The notes beneath the pieces are model-generated. The model saw nothing but the letters and a program-made list of their open reading frames with translations. It searched no databases and was not told the origin of the DNA. A program made the translations under genes and the position numbers. This document shows, in pieces, positions 18,299 through 27,100 of a DNA stretch of 64,000 nt (its first letter is position 1; every line of letters begins with the position of its first letter). The DNA is from a virus: positions 21,304 through 85,303 of the IMG/VR virus record IMGVR_UViG_3300044613_003770; one strand, written 5' to 3'.

Positions 18299-18709
18299 AT
18301 GAATCCCCTACAATACATCGTATCAACCAACGGTCTTGGCATCGCAATCGGCATCTGCGGCGACAAGCAACTCGCACTTCAAGATGCCACACTCGCTGAA
18401 AATATCTATGGATCAAATCATAATGACTCTTTGTTTAACCATTTGCTTTACATGCCTAGCCTTGAGGCATTCAAGAAGTTTCTAATCGTTAAAGAATATT
18501 TCTGTGTTTGGGATGAACACTTTTCCCGAAACAAGGGTACAGGTACTCGCACCAAGGGTAATGTAATGCAATTCACCCGCCGCGCAATCAAACGCGCAAG
18601 ACTTATTATGGATTCTCAAGTTACCTATGAGAACTTCATGCAAAAAATCAGTAACCGCAACCAAGAGTACATGCTTGGCGCACATCAAGATGAACAAGAA
18701 GAAGAGTAA
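18299..18709 (+). CDS. hypothetical protein
   Basis: TTGACA(18263)-N16-TAACTT-N8-ATG. Confidence 0.7.
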   Translation: MNPLQYIVSTNGLGIAIGICGDKQLALQDATLAENIYGSNHNDSLFNHLLYMPSLEAFKKFLIVKEYFCVWDEHFSRNKGTGTRTKGNVMQFTRRAIKRARLIMDSQVTYENFMQKISNRNQEYMLGAHQDEQEEE

Positions 18710-18722
18710 TATAAAAGAATAT

Positions 18723-18929
18723 ATGAAAATACTTGCACCAAACTTTGAAGACATGGAATCTGTTCTTGATTCCTGTGGTCATGAACTAATTAATGAAGTT
18801 AATATTGCTTATGAAAAACTTGGCAAAGATAATCTTTGGGAGTTGACAGATAAGTTCCTAGAGTTTCAACGTCTCCTTCGTCAACAAATTAAAGAGCTTC
18901 ACCCAGACCACAACTTTCAAAACTTCTAA
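18723..18929 (+). CDS. hypothetical protein
   Basis: ORF, start MKILAP. Confidence 0.6.
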   Translation: MKILAPNFEDMESVLDSCGHELINEVNIAYEKLGKDNLWELTDKFLEFQRLLRQQIKELHPDHNFQNF

Positions 18930-18936
18930 TAATTTT

Positions 18937-19011
18937 GGGCTGTTAGTTAAGTGGATATAACAAGAAACTTCTAATTTTTAGTCGATGGTTCGATTCCATC
19001 ACGGCCTACCA
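18937..19011 (+). tRNA. tRNA-Arg (anticodon UCU)
   Basis: Acceptor GGGCTGT/ACGGCCT, D-arm GTTA/TAAC, anticodon arm AGAAA-CT-TCT-AA-TTTTT, T-arm GATGG-TTCGATT-CCATC, encoded CCA. Confidence 0.92.
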
Positions 19012-19032
19012 ATCTAATAATAAATAAATAAT

Positions 19033-19284
19033 ATGTTTACATTCCTTCAACCAAAAAGACAAGTAGTCATTGAGCATAATATCACCTCAAATATTGATGG
19101 CGAGAGATTCGCGCCAGTAGTTATTGATGGAAGTTATTGGGGCGCAGATTTTGACACCTTCAATGGCGACACTCTTATCCATGATGATGGTGAGTACGGC
19201 AAGATCCCTGTCACTTTCCACCAGACATTCTTAACTACCCGCATGACAGACGAACAACTTCTCCGTAAATACAGAAACATATGA
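19033..19284 (+). CDS. hypothetical protein
   Basis: ORF. Confidence 0.6.
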   Translation: MFTFLQPKRQVVIEHNITSNIDGERFAPVVIDGSYWGADFDTFNGDTLIHDDGEYGKIPVTFHQTFLTTRMTDEQLLRKYRNI

Positions 19285-19508
19285 AACTAATCGTAACAGA
19301 AGAAGATCTCATCCTTGATACCGAACAAGGAACTTACACAATAAAACGCGCCCATGAAGAAGATGAGTGGCATTCAATTACTGAATTTGTTGATTTAAAT
19401 TTTTTCTACGATTCATATGATGATAAATACCATGCCGCAATCTATCTTGTTTTAGAAGGACAAACCCAAACAGATACAGGGTGTGAGATCGAAGTAGAAT
19501 TCACATAA
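19281..19508 (+). CDS. acidic hypothetical protein
   Basis: ATGA overlap. Confidence 0.6.
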   Translation: MKLIVTEEDLILDTEQGTYTIKRAHEEDEWHSITEFVDLNFFYDSYDDKYHAAIYLVLEGQTQTDTGCEIEVEFT

Positions 19509-19512
19509 TGTG

Positions 19513-19594
19513 AAATAATAAACTGCCAAATAATAAAAGGCTAAATAACAAAATAGCAAATAATAAAATAGCAAATAATAAAACGCTTAATAAA
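19513..19594. repeat. about 15-bp tandem repeat (GCAAATAATAAAATA-like, about 5 copies) at the convergence point
   Basis: read directly from sequence. Confidence 0.75.
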
Positions 19595-19626
19595 CCCGTG
19601 GAATTCGACGGGTTAAAGGGGGTCGG

Positions 19627-19671
19627 AACTTACGTTGCGGCGACCCCTACGGGGTCCAATCGCTGTAAGTT
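19627..19671 (-). repeat. 45-bp dyad element, copy 1 (inverted relative to the others)
   Basis: AACTTAC-gttgcggc-GACCCC-TAC-GGGGTC-caatcgct-GTAAGTT. Confidence 0.95.
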
Positions 19672-19698
19672 TTGGATTCAAGGTCGCAATTTGCGACC

Positions 19699-19893
19699 TT
19701 ATTTGATTTCGTAGCGATCAACAATCTCAAGCGTTTCCGTATCAAGATGGACAACAAAACCCTCTCTCCCTTTTTCAAGTGCGCGTTCTTCCGTCTCCCT
19801 GTCAAGATTTGTTTCTTTCCAGCTTGGAGGCAAACCCTTTGAGTGGACAATGATGCGGGATTGATTAAGGAAGTCTAGTTGGTATGCTCTCAT
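19699..19893 (-). CDS. hypothetical protein
   Basis: ATGA-coupled to the upstream small gene. Confidence 0.6.
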   Translation of the reverse strand: MRAYQLDFLNQSRIIVHSKGLPPSWKETNLDRETEERALEKGREGFVVHLDTETLEIVDRYEIK

Positions 19894-20036
19894 ATTTCTT
19901 TTTTTATTTCTTTTTTTATTTCTTTTTTACCATCGCTGCGCACTCGTTTATTCTGAACGCGCTTCCAGTATTTGCGTAAGTGCTTCCACCATTGAACGGT
20001 TGGAACACTTCCTTTGCTTTTTGCTGAACTACTCAT
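19890..20036 (-). CDS. small basic protein (48 aa, WWKHLR motif)
   Basis: manual ORF MSSSAKSKGSVPTVQWWKHLRKYWKR...(KKEI)3; coupled to neighbours at both ends. Confidence 0.65.
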   Translation of the reverse strand: MSSSAKSKGSVPTVQWWKHLRKYWKRVQNKRVRSDGKKEIKKEIKKEI

Positions 20037-20407
20037 TATTTTTGTGCGAGGATTTGTCTGCCTACGATGACAGCATATTTTGCTTTGTCAATGCTTTTGT
20101 TTGAAACGACTTCGTAGAACTTCCCGATGTCTCGATACGGGTTGTAAGAAACCCACATCCTTGGTTGCAGCTTTGTGCTTTCACCAAGTAAGACAAGATC
20201 ACCCTCAACAAACGCATGGACATTTTTCTTTCTTTCGCGCAGGACTCTTTGACGACCTGCTTCTGATACTTTAAAGGTGACATTCTCAAGAGTGACTTTG
20301 CTGGCGTGAAGCCAAACACGCCAGCCCTTTGGAGTTTTTTCTTGGACGGAGAGTTGTTTTCTGTGGAGGTTAAAGTAAAGCCTAACTTTTTTGTTGGTAG
20401 TTTTCAT
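20036..20407 (-). CDS. conserved phage hypothetical protein
   Basis: YFNLH, FKVSEAGRQRVLRERKKNVHAFV, YNPY; own promoter TTGACA-N16-TAGACT near 20483-20510. Confidence 0.8.
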   Translation of the reverse strand: MKTTNKKVRLYFNLHRKQLSVQEKTPKGWRVWLHASKVTLENVTFKVSEAGRQRVLRERKKNVHAFVEGDLVLLGESTKLQPRMWVSYNPYRDIGKFYEVVSNKSIDKAKYAVIVGRQILAQK

Positions 20408-20539
20408 GGGGATGGAGTTGCCGCTCTTATCGGGCGAGCGGCGAGCCGTCTGTCGATATTCTTTGTACTTTTACTTGAGAGAAGTCTAGCAGGGAGAGTA
20501 GATATGTCAACTATTTTTTATTCTTTTTTTTGAATTAAA

Positions 20540-20584
20540 AACTTACACTCATCGGACCCCGTAGGGGTCGCCGCGATGTAAGTT
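20540..20584 (+). repeat. 45-bp dyad element, copy 2
   Basis: AACTTAC-actcatcg-GACCCC-GTA-GGGGTC-gccgcgat-GTAAGTT. Confidence 0.95.
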
Positions 20585-20606
20585 TCCTCACATGCGGCAA
20601 CCTATG

Positions 20607-20810
20607 TCACCAGAGATCGTGTTCGTCAATTAGCTGTTCCGTTCTGTCTACAAACTCTTGAATCAAACCCATAGGAATTTCAAACTTGGTAAGGACATAA
20701 CCATCAAAAACAAGATGCAATGCCACATCGACAATTTTCTTTTCTTCGATTGTTGCATGGACTAGGTAAAGCCCGTATTCAGTTTCGAGAGTAGTTCGAA
20801 AAATTTTCAT
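20607..20810 (-). CDS. hypothetical protein
   Basis: start MKIFRT; TTGACA-N16-TAGCTT upstream. Confidence 0.65.
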   Translation of the reverse strand: MKIFRTTLETEYGLYLVHATIEEKKIVDVALHLVFDGYVLTKFEIPMGLIQEFVDRTEQLIDEHDLW

Positions 20811-20868
20811 CGCTTGCGACAAGCTATCACAAAGAAGACGGCTGTCAAGATTAAAAGAAGTTCGATGT

Positions 20869-21567
20869 TCATGCTGGCTCCAAAACAAAACCCGTTTCAT
20901 CTTTTTTGGCAAGACCTTTTTCTTTAAGCCCGACGATTTTTCCCTTGCCATCGAGAAAGCGGAGATCGGTATCGTCTCCGTCTACCACATCAAAGCCCTT
21001 GAAACTTTGCGGCAAAGACTTGCGGAAAACCATTGCGACATTGCCACCGCTTGCAAGAAAAGCCTCGGCAATGTTTCCATTCGATTCAGAGCGAGAAAAG
21101 GTCAGGTGATAGTTTTTCGGCATCTCACCAGCGAGAAAAGCAGTCATGCGGTCGGGACTTTTCGTGTAGTCGTAAAACTGCACACTTGGGAAAGTAGCGA
21201 AAACATTTAGGCCGTTGCGTTTGATTTTCTCCCATGGCAAGTCACTTGTGAGGTTTAAGCGGAAGCAAGGTGTCATGCCTTTTTTTTCGGCAGACTTCAT
21301 TGACTTTGCAATTTCTTTCCAAAGGTTGGCGAGGAAAGACTGCTTGTCGGTAAAAAACAAACGAGTCTTTGCGATTCGTGCGCGTTGGACGGAAGACATT
21401 GCCCCACGCCCTGCGGTGTTGAGACAAGCGGCGGCGCAACCTTTGCTTGCGTCTTTGCATACATTAAACCCCGAAAGGTTAGCGGGTGCAAGGTGCAAAC
21501 CGTAGGTGATAAAACCCTTCTTCTCTCCCTTGCGCGTCTTGGCGTTTCCTGTGTTGAGTAGTGACAT
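20869..21567 (-). CDS. Gp88-family protein (Cys-cluster, radical-SAM-like)
   Basis: NVCxxASxGCxxACL, RLNxTSD, FYDYTK, NYHLTFS, DGDxTDLRFLD; TTGCCA-N16-TATGCT-N6-ATG. Confidence 0.75.
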   Translation of the reverse strand: MSLLNTGNAKTRKGEKKGFITYGLHLAPANLSGFNVCKDASKGCAAACLNTAGRGAMSSVQRARIAKTRLFFTDKQSFLANLWKEIAKSMKSAEKKGMTPCFRLNLTSDLPWEKIKRNGLNVFATFPSVQFYDYTKSPDRMTAFLAGEMPKNYHLTFSRSESNGNIAEAFLASGGNVAMVFRKSLPQSFKGFDVVDGDDTDLRFLDGKGKIVGLKEKGLAKKDETGFVLEPA

Positions 21568-21675
21568 GGCCAAAGCATAGCATTTGAGGCGAGCATGGCA
21601 AGAGATTTTCTTACAATTTTTTTTCCGATAAATAGTGTTTTTTTCTTGACAAGCCATAAGCCATTCATGCTTAGA

Positions 21676-21720
21676 AACTTACGCCAATCGGACCCCTTCG
21701 GGGTCGCCGCGATGTAAGTT
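21676..21720 (+). repeat. 45-bp dyad element, copy 3
   Basis: AACTTAC-gccaatcg-GACCCC-TTC-GGGGTC-gccgcgat-GTAAGTT. Confidence 0.95.
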
Positions 21721-21732
21721 TTTCCTGTAGAC

Positions 21733-21763
21733 AAAAAAACCCCCGCCCTTTCGGGCGAGGGTT
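21733..21763 (-). terminator. rho-independent terminator
   Basis: AACCCTCGCCC-GAAA-GGGCGGGGGTT followed by a T run on the - strand. Confidence 0.8.
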
Positions 21764-21777
21764 CGTTTGCTTTACGC

Positions 21778-22572
21778 TTACGCTCCAACGACGACGAGCG
21801 TTTCCATTTCCTCCCCCGCATCAGCGGGATCGATTTCGGCCTCGATGGTCGGGCGATGCCCAGCGATGCGGTCAAAGACCGATTGAGCAGTCATCGTGCG
21901 AAACGGCAACTTGGACAGATCACCGCCCTTGAGGTTTTCGGTGATGGAGTTGTAAAGCGTCCAGAGTGTGCCACCCTTGAACTCGTCATGGCGAGGGTTG
22001 CGAAACTCTTGCACGGCGGCGTAAATGTCACGGGCGGGAAACGCTTTGACATCCACAAGGTCGATCAGCAAGTCAGCGGCACGATCACGGGAAATTTCGG
22101 TTTCCTTGTAAAGCTCGATGCGCTTGCCCATGTCGGCCCAATGCGAGACAACGCGAGCGACTGCATCGGAGAGAACGCGAGGAAGGTCAGCGATGATGTT
22201 CGTGGTGTGGCGGCGAGCCAACTTGATGTCGGAAGAGAAGCAAAGATTCTCGCAAACCATCATGCGATTCCCCACGCAAATGCTTGCGGCAAAGGACTTG
22301 TCGTGTGCGTTGCGTAGACCAAGCACGATTTGACGATCAGAACCAGTGATGTCCGCGCCCTTGAGAGCAAACCCGCCAAAGTAGCGTTGACCGCCACGGG
22401 CGAGCGAATGTTCTTCCAGCGACACTTCAAGCCCTGCGCGTCCGATTGCCTCACGAGTCATTTCGACAAGCGAGAAATGCGGGATGGGTTGGAAGCGGTC
22501 AGCGGCTTCGGGAGTCTCAACGCCCATGAGTTGCTCGGCGTTCACTTTGTTTTTTGCGATGATCAGTGACAT
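21778..22572 (-). CDS. DUF932-family protein
   Basis: PIPH, LGLRNAHDKS, G..VCENL.F, RRHT, TLWTLYN..TE. Confidence 0.75.
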   Translation of the reverse strand: MSLIIAKNKVNAEQLMGVETPEAADRFQPIPHFSLVEMTREAIGRAGLEVSLEEHSLARGGQRYFGGFALKGADITGSDRQIVLGLRNAHDKSFAASICVGNRMMVCENLCFSSDIKLARRHTTNIIADLPRVLSDAVARVVSHWADMGKRIELYKETEISRDRAADLLIDLVDVKAFPARDIYAAVQEFRNPRHDEFKGGTLWTLYNSITENLKGGDLSKLPFRTMTAQSVFDRIAGHRPTIEAEIDPADAGEEMETLVVVGA

Positions 22573-22738
22573 ATTGTTTTTTTCTATTGGTTGGAGTTGG
22601 ATGCGCCATCAGCGGCGACAAGGACAAGGTAGCAAAACCAGCGAGTTTGTCCACACATTTTTCATTGTTTTTGTGTTTTTGTTTTTTGAGCCAGGTGTGC
22701 TTTTTTGCTTGACATGGCATAAGTGATTGAGGATCAAA

Positions 22739-22783
22739 AACTTACACCCCCAAGACCCCTTCGGGGTCCGAACCATGTAAGTT
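22739..22783 (+). repeat. 45-bp dyad element, copy 4 (diverged spacers, same lengths)
   Basis: AACTTAC-acccccaa-GACCCC-TTC-GGGGTC-cgaaccat-GTAAGTT. Confidence 0.95.
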
Positions 22784-22835
22784 TTTTAGGCATAAGTTAG
22801 GAAGGGATCGCACTTTGCGACCCCTTCCCGTTATG

Positions 22836-23150
22836 TCAACCCACCCTTGCGAAACTTCTGATTGGATGATCGCCAACTACCTGTGGCACAAAGTCAATCG
22901 TCGGAGAGTCACCGAATTTGTTTTTGTAAGCTCGGAGAAAGGCTGTCAAGTCGCAATCTTCTTCAAGGTAGAAGTTTGATTTGTCTTGGTAGCTGTAGTG
23001 GCTTAACTTTACGCCAAGAGCTTCGACTTCCCGCTTTGGCACTTCAAGCCATCCATGACCTGCGTCAGTATGGAGCTTGAGGATGAGTGTCTTTTGTGGT
23101 TCGCTTTCGAGGTAGCCAACGCCGCCTCCTTCAAGATGCAATGATTTCAT
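22836..23150 (-). CDS. conserved phage hypothetical protein (HxDxGHGWL...YLEEDCD family)
   Basis: HTDAGHGWLEV, SxYSY, YLEEDCD; followed by a hairpin at about 22799-22829. Confidence 0.75.
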   Translation of the reverse strand: MKSLHLEGGGVGYLESEPQKTLILKLHTDAGHGWLEVPKREVEALGVKLSHYSYQDKSNFYLEEDCDLTAFLRAYKNKFGDSPTIDFVPQVVGDHPIRSFARVG

Positions 23151-23285
23151 GTGTGTTAGGTTGAATGAGTTTGATGAGGTAGTCAATTACTTTTTGCGGC
23201 TGCTCATTAAAAAGAGGATGAGAGCCATTCCGATTATCCATGCGATATGCAATGTGTCCATTATGAATGATAAAAACAAGATGTT

Positions 23286-23597
23286 TCATTGTTTGGAATG
23301 TTTGGTGTGAAAACCCACAAAGTCTTCTGCGAGGTTATTGATTAGTTCTTCTACAAAAGCAAAAGGGCTGGCATCGTCCATCGGGTTCAATTCAAACTTG
23401 GAGATTGCTTCCCAAACTTCGATTTGTTTTTGGTCTTCTTGTTGATTGTCTACGCTGTATTCATCAGCGAGCAAAGCAAGAGCGAGCCTTTCGGCACTCC
23501 AATCTTGCGGCCATTTAGAAAGGAAATGACCTGCGGCGATTAGGTATGCTTCGGCGTGAATGGGATTGTTGGTGTCTATGTGAATGTAGTCTTGCAT
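23286..23597 (-). CDS. hypothetical protein
   Basis: TTGACA-N17-TAACCT-N6-ATG. Confidence 0.7.
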   Translation of the reverse strand: MQDYIHIDTNNPIHAEAYLIAAGHFLSKWPQDWSAERLALALLADEYSVDNQQEDQKQIEVWEAISKFELNPMDDASPFAFVEELINNLAEDFVGFHTKHSKQ

Positions 23598-23606
23598 GGC
23601 TGTAGG

Positions 23607-23813
23607 TTAGTCGTTGGCGTGATGATTGTCAAGAATAAGTTGAAGTTCATCGCGGAGTTCTTCCTCGACTTCACTTTCGCCGCCAGAATATGCTTCCGCA
23701 AGCTCTAATGCTTGTTGGGCAATGTCTTTGAGCTGTTCAATTGTGTTTAGTAGTTCTTCGATTGTGGTCATGTCGATATGTGGGCAACAATTGTGGTTTG
23801 GTTTGTCTGTCAT
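23607..23813 (-). CDS. acidic hypothetical protein
   Basis: start MTDKPN; 3' end contains the next promoter. Confidence 0.6.
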   Translation of the reverse strand: MTDKPNHNCCPHIDMTTIEELLNTIEQLKDIAQQALELAEAYSGGESEVEEELRDELQLILDNHHAND

Positions 23814-23826
23814 GTTGTTTTGTTGG

Positions 23827-24168
23827 TTAGTTTGTTGGGATGAATCTACGGGCGTGAATGTTAAGATTGGAACACCATTTTTTCCAGTTTTTGCCATGAA
23901 AGTCATTGCGGCCATTTTTCTTGTGTGTGCCAAAGAATTTTGTTCTTTCGGTTATGTCAAGAGCGTGTGCGAGTTCATGCAAGAAAACTTCAGAAAACAA
24001 ATGGAAGTTTTGTAGGATTTGATTTGAAAGCTCAATTCTTTTTTCCTCTATACGATAGCAACCCAATCTTCTTTTTGTGTTTGTCCAAAGGACTGGAATG
24101 TGGGTCATGTTATGCTGACGCAAGGTCAAGCGGATGTATTGTTCGGCTTCTTGGTGAGTGATTTTCAT
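23827..24168 (-). CDS. SprT-like zinc metalloprotease domain protein
   Basis: RLGxY, IELS, LHELAHA, HGxxWK. Confidence 0.8.
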   Translation of the reverse strand: MKITHQEAEQYIRLTLRQHNMTHIPVLWTNTKRRLGCYRIEEKRIELSNQILQNFHLFSEVFLHELAHALDITERTKFFGTHKKNGRNDFHGKNWKKWCSNLNIHARRFIPTN

Positions 24169-24212
24169 GCGGGGAAAGTTTGGGGGCTTTCGCCCCCTAT
24201 GTCAACTATTTT

Positions 24213-24695
24213 TTAGACATCAGCAGGAATTTCTTCGTCCTCGTCGTATTCGACAAAGCTAAAGTTTTCTTTTGCAAACTCTATGACATCAGCATCATCG
24301 ACTTGGTTGTCGTCAATTTGACCTTCGGAGATGATAGCAGTCCCAGCAAACCAGCAACCGCCCTCAAAGTAGTCGAGCGTAAATTGATCGTTTGGAAACA
24401 TTTCAGACAGAGCGGCAATCGCTTGAAGTGGTGGACTCCAAGCAGTCATGAATGGAGCTTGAAAGTCGCAATCTTCAGAGATGAGTTGATCAGCAACTTC
24501 GCGTTGCTCTTGTTCACTCAAGTCCCATTTAGTTCCCCAGTTTTCAAGTCTCCAATTATACCATCCATTGCCCTCAAGCAATTCTGGTGGTGTGGGTTTG
24601 ATTTTCTCAAAAGAAAGACCATTTTCTTTTAGATAGCTTTCCAATTCTGGAGAGCAATCCATGACCGACAATTTATTTTCGTTCCAGTTAGGCAT
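24213..24695 (-). CDS. DUF1281/YubB-like (Api92 ferredoxin-like domain) protein
   Basis: MPNWxxN, WYxWRxxNWGTKWD, FxTAWSPP; TTGACT-N17-TACATT-N6-ATG. Confidence 0.8.
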   Translation of the reverse strand: MPNWNENKLSVMDCSPELESYLKENGLSFEKIKPTPPELLEGNGWYNWRLENWGTKWDLSEQEQREVADQLISEDCDFQAPFMTAWSPPLQAIAALSEMFPNDQFTLDYFEGGCWFAGTAIISEGQIDDNQVDDADVIEFAKENFSFVEYDEDEEIPADV

Positions 24696-24722
24696 GGCGG
24701 CAATGTAGGTTAGTGGTTGGGG

Positions 24723-24896
24723 TTAGTCAAGATTTTTTATTAGTGTGTGGGAGTATCTCAAGACATCTCCACAATCATCACAAGGTTCTCCGTTGTCTTG
24801 ATAAAAGTCAGGAGAGACATGGACTTCTTCATTTGTTTCATCATTGATCCAAACATGAAGAACATTTTCATCGTTTATTTTGATCCAATCAGACAT
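24723..24896 (-). CDS. small hypothetical protein (57 aa, PCDDCG)
   Basis: manual ORF; TTGACT-N17-CATACT-N6-ATG. Confidence 0.65.
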   Translation of the reverse strand: MSDWIKINDENVLHVWINDETNEEVHVSPDFYQDNGEPCDDCGDVLRYSHTLIKNLD

Positions 24897-24927
24897 GGCT
24901 TTAGTATGTGTTATTTTTTGGGGTTAG

Positions 24928-25179
24928 TCAATAGGTTTTTGCAAGTAAAACAAGAGGCTTCAATGTGATTGGCTTTTCAGCAACATAAAAGAAAAAACCA
25001 TATTCCAAAACCTCAATGTCGCCATCGACTTCGGCAAGTGAAACATAGTCATCGCCATGATTGTCGGCAACGAATGGGCCTTCATCATCATGCCCGATAA
25101 AGTAAAGCGTATCGTTTAGATCGACAGCATAAGCGTCACTGAGTGCTTCGTGTAGTTGTTCAAGTGTGGTTGTTTGCAT
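24928..25179 (-). CDS. acidic hypothetical protein
   Basis: TTGACT-N16-CATACT-N6-ATG. Confidence 0.7.
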   Translation of the reverse strand: MQTTTLEQLHEALSDAYAVDLNDTLYFIGHDDEGPFVADNHGDDYVSLAEVDGDIEVLEYGFFFYVAEKPITLKPLVLLAKTY

Positions 25180-25205
25180 GGCAGTAGTATGTGTTATTTT
25201 CGGGG

Positions 25206-25346
25206 TTAGTCAACAAGAAATCTGCGCTTCCATTGTGATTCTTGCACCTGCTTATCAAGCCAAGATTGTTGTTCAAAGATGCGCGATCCGTAAATTGATT
25301 TGCGGTCGCGTGTGAATAGTGACAGGATGTGGTTGATGATTTGCAT
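25206..25346 (-). CDS. small hypothetical protein (46 aa)
   Basis: manual ORF MQIINHILSLF...RRFLVD; TTGACA-N16-TAAGTT-N6-ATG. Confidence 0.6.
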   Translation of the reverse strand: MQIINHILSLFTRDRKSIYGSRIFEQQSWLDKQVQESQWKRRFLVD

Positions 25347-25510
25347 GGGGGAAACTTAACACAAAGACGCGAGGTGTCAAATTTTATTTTCAGAATAAAC
25401 TGCAATTTTCTTCTTGACAAATCAACACTAGCAAATAGCAAAATAGTAAATAGCAAATCAGTTAATAGCTAATAGACTACAGGCGCGGCTGTAAGTCATT
25501 GAGGATTAAA

Positions 25511-25555
25511 AACTTACACCAATCGGACCCCGTAGGGGTCGCCGCGATGTAAGTT
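25511..25555 (+). repeat. 45-bp dyad element, copy 5
   Basis: AACTTAC-accaatcg-GACCCC-GTA-GGGGTC-gccgcgat-GTAAGTT. Confidence 0.95.
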
Positions 25556-25576
25556 CTTGGCGACCAATGGGTTATG

Positions 25577-25855
25577 TTATTCCTCGTCGCAATCCTCAAT
25601 CGTATCCGATTGCGACACTTCGGGATTGAACGGGCAAGCTTCCAAGACTCCCCAGCATTCTTTCCCTTGGAAGGTGAAGGATACACCCCACACAACCCAA
25701 TTGTATTGCAACTCATCGACAATCTCGCGAAATTGCAGATCGTCAACCTTGCTTGTTGCTATCCTTTGGGGAATGGCAGTGAGGGCGGCGGCTTCCGCGA
25801 GAGCGGCGGCGTATTCTTCGGGCGAAACTTCGGAGGCGAGGTAGGTGATGGACAT
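25577..25855 (-). CDS. acidic hypothetical protein (single-gene module)
   Basis: TTGCGT-N16-TAACTT-N6-ATG; N-terminus paralogous to 27250..27387. Confidence 0.7.
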   Translation of the reverse strand: MSITYLASEVSPEEYAAALAEAAALTAIPQRIATSKVDDLQFREIVDELQYNWVVWGVSFTFQGKECWGVLEACPFNPEVSQSDTIEDCDEE

Positions 25856-25953
25856 GGGAATAAGTTAATCGATTTTAAGAGAAACGCAACAAAAAAGTCA
25901 TTTTTTATTTTTTTTATTTTTACTTGACAAATTGTAACTTATTCATTTTCAAA

Positions 25954-25998
25954 AACTTACACCTATCGGACCCCGTAGGGGTCGCGGCGGTGTAAGTT
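25954..25998 (+). repeat. 45-bp dyad element, copy 6
   Basis: AACTTAC-acctatcg-GACCCC-GTA-GGGGTC-gcggcggt-GTAAGTT. Confidence 0.95.
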
Positions 25999-26065
25999 AT
26001 TCATTTTCAAGCGGTTATGATCGCGCCCCCACCACAGAGGCGCGATCTTTTATCCACCCACAAAA

Positions 26066-26230
26066 TTATTCTTGCAATGCGTTTTTGAAGCACCCTGCCC
26101 AAGTCAACGCGAGGCAAAGCCAAAAAACAATAAAGTTTAGATCGTGTGGCACAATGTCATACACTCTCACAATCGAAAAAATTGCAATGTGTAAAGAAGA
26201 AAAGAAAAGACAAAGAGCGGCAGATTTCAT
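26066..26230 (-). CDS. small 2-TM membrane protein (54 aa)
   Basis: manual ORF with two hydrophobic segments. Confidence 0.5.
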   Translation of the reverse strand: MKSAALCLFFSSLHIAIFSIVRVYDIVPHDLNFIVFWLCLALTWAGCFKNALQE

Positions 26231-26291
26231 TTTTTTTTATTTTTAAGGTTGAAAGGTTGGGCCTTTTAGTGTGATGCCCAGCACCGATTTT

Positions 26292-26573
26292 TTATTGAGC
26301 GGCAAAGGTCTTTTCGATTTTCCCGCATTTGAAATGGCGGACGGCTTCGGGTTTGAAGCTGAACCAGCCTTGATTGTTTCGATTGATTGCAGAGAAGTAT
26401 CCAGCCGCCTTCAATCCATCAGTTCCAGCAGAGCCAGTTCCTTTGATCAAACCAATGTATTTGTCCTTGGCGTTGATTTGACGAATCGTGCCATCCTTCT
26501 TTTCAAAGGTGATCGAAAAGAATTTTCCTTTCGTGGCGGCGATCAGTTGTGCGATTTCGTTTTGTGTGGTCAT
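26292..26573 (-). CDS. SH3/Sm-like beta-barrel protein (WYL_2-like)
   Basis: FFSITFEKKDGTIR...GWFSF pattern. Confidence 0.65.
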   Translation of the reverse strand: MTTQNEIAQLIAATKGKFFSITFEKKDGTIRQINAKDKYIGLIKGTGSAGTDGLKAAGYFSAINRNNQGWFSFKPEAVRHFKCGKIEKTFAAQ

Positions 26574-26584
26574 GTTTTTGTTGG

Positions 26585-26719
26585 TTATTGTTTTGAGATC
26601 ATTTCCCGTTCCATCTCGTCGATTTCTTCGGGGGTCATGGTATCCTCGATTTCATGCGCGGCATGGAACATGGCGAGCAATTCAAGGGAATCAGCGTGGG
26701 CGAGTTGGTCAATGGACAT
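26585..26719 (-). CDS. small acidic protein (44 aa)
   Basis: manual ORF; TTGCTA-N16-TAACTT-N6-ATG. Confidence 0.6.
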   Translation of the reverse strand: MSIDQLAHADSLELLAMFHAAHEIEDTMTPEEIDEMEREMISKQ

Positions 26720-26760
26720 GAGAGAAAGTTAGTTGATTTTGAAAGAATAGCAAGAAAAAA

Positions 26761-26955
26761 TTAACCGATTTTCAAATTTTCAACTCGGCTAGATGCAACG
26801 GTATTGACATCGCCGCAGTATGGGTCGCGGTAAATGATGATGAACGCGCCGTCGAGAGTGTCGCGGTCGGTGACGCTTCCCGTCAAATTCATTCCGCAGT
26901 AGGTGAATTCAACAAGGGTATTTAAGCGGGGGCGGGTGGTGGTCGTGTTGGACAT
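26761..26955 (-). CDS. hypothetical protein, paralog of 28152..28346
   Basis: TTGCGT-N16-TAACTT-N6-ATG; GSVTDRxTLDG shared. Confidence 0.75.
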   Translation of the reverse strand: MSNTTTTRPRLNTLVEFTYCGMNLTGSVTDRDTLDGAFIIIYRDPYCGDVNTVASSRVENLKIG

Positions 26956-27100
26956 GTAAGAAAGTTATCACAACTAACTCGAAACGCAACAAAAAAAACA
27001 AAAATCTTTTTCGCCCAGTTGCAATTTTTTTCTTGACAAATAGAATGGGGGGGCTATTGGGGGGGCTGAAGGGAAGATTCATAACTCATTGAAAATCAAA

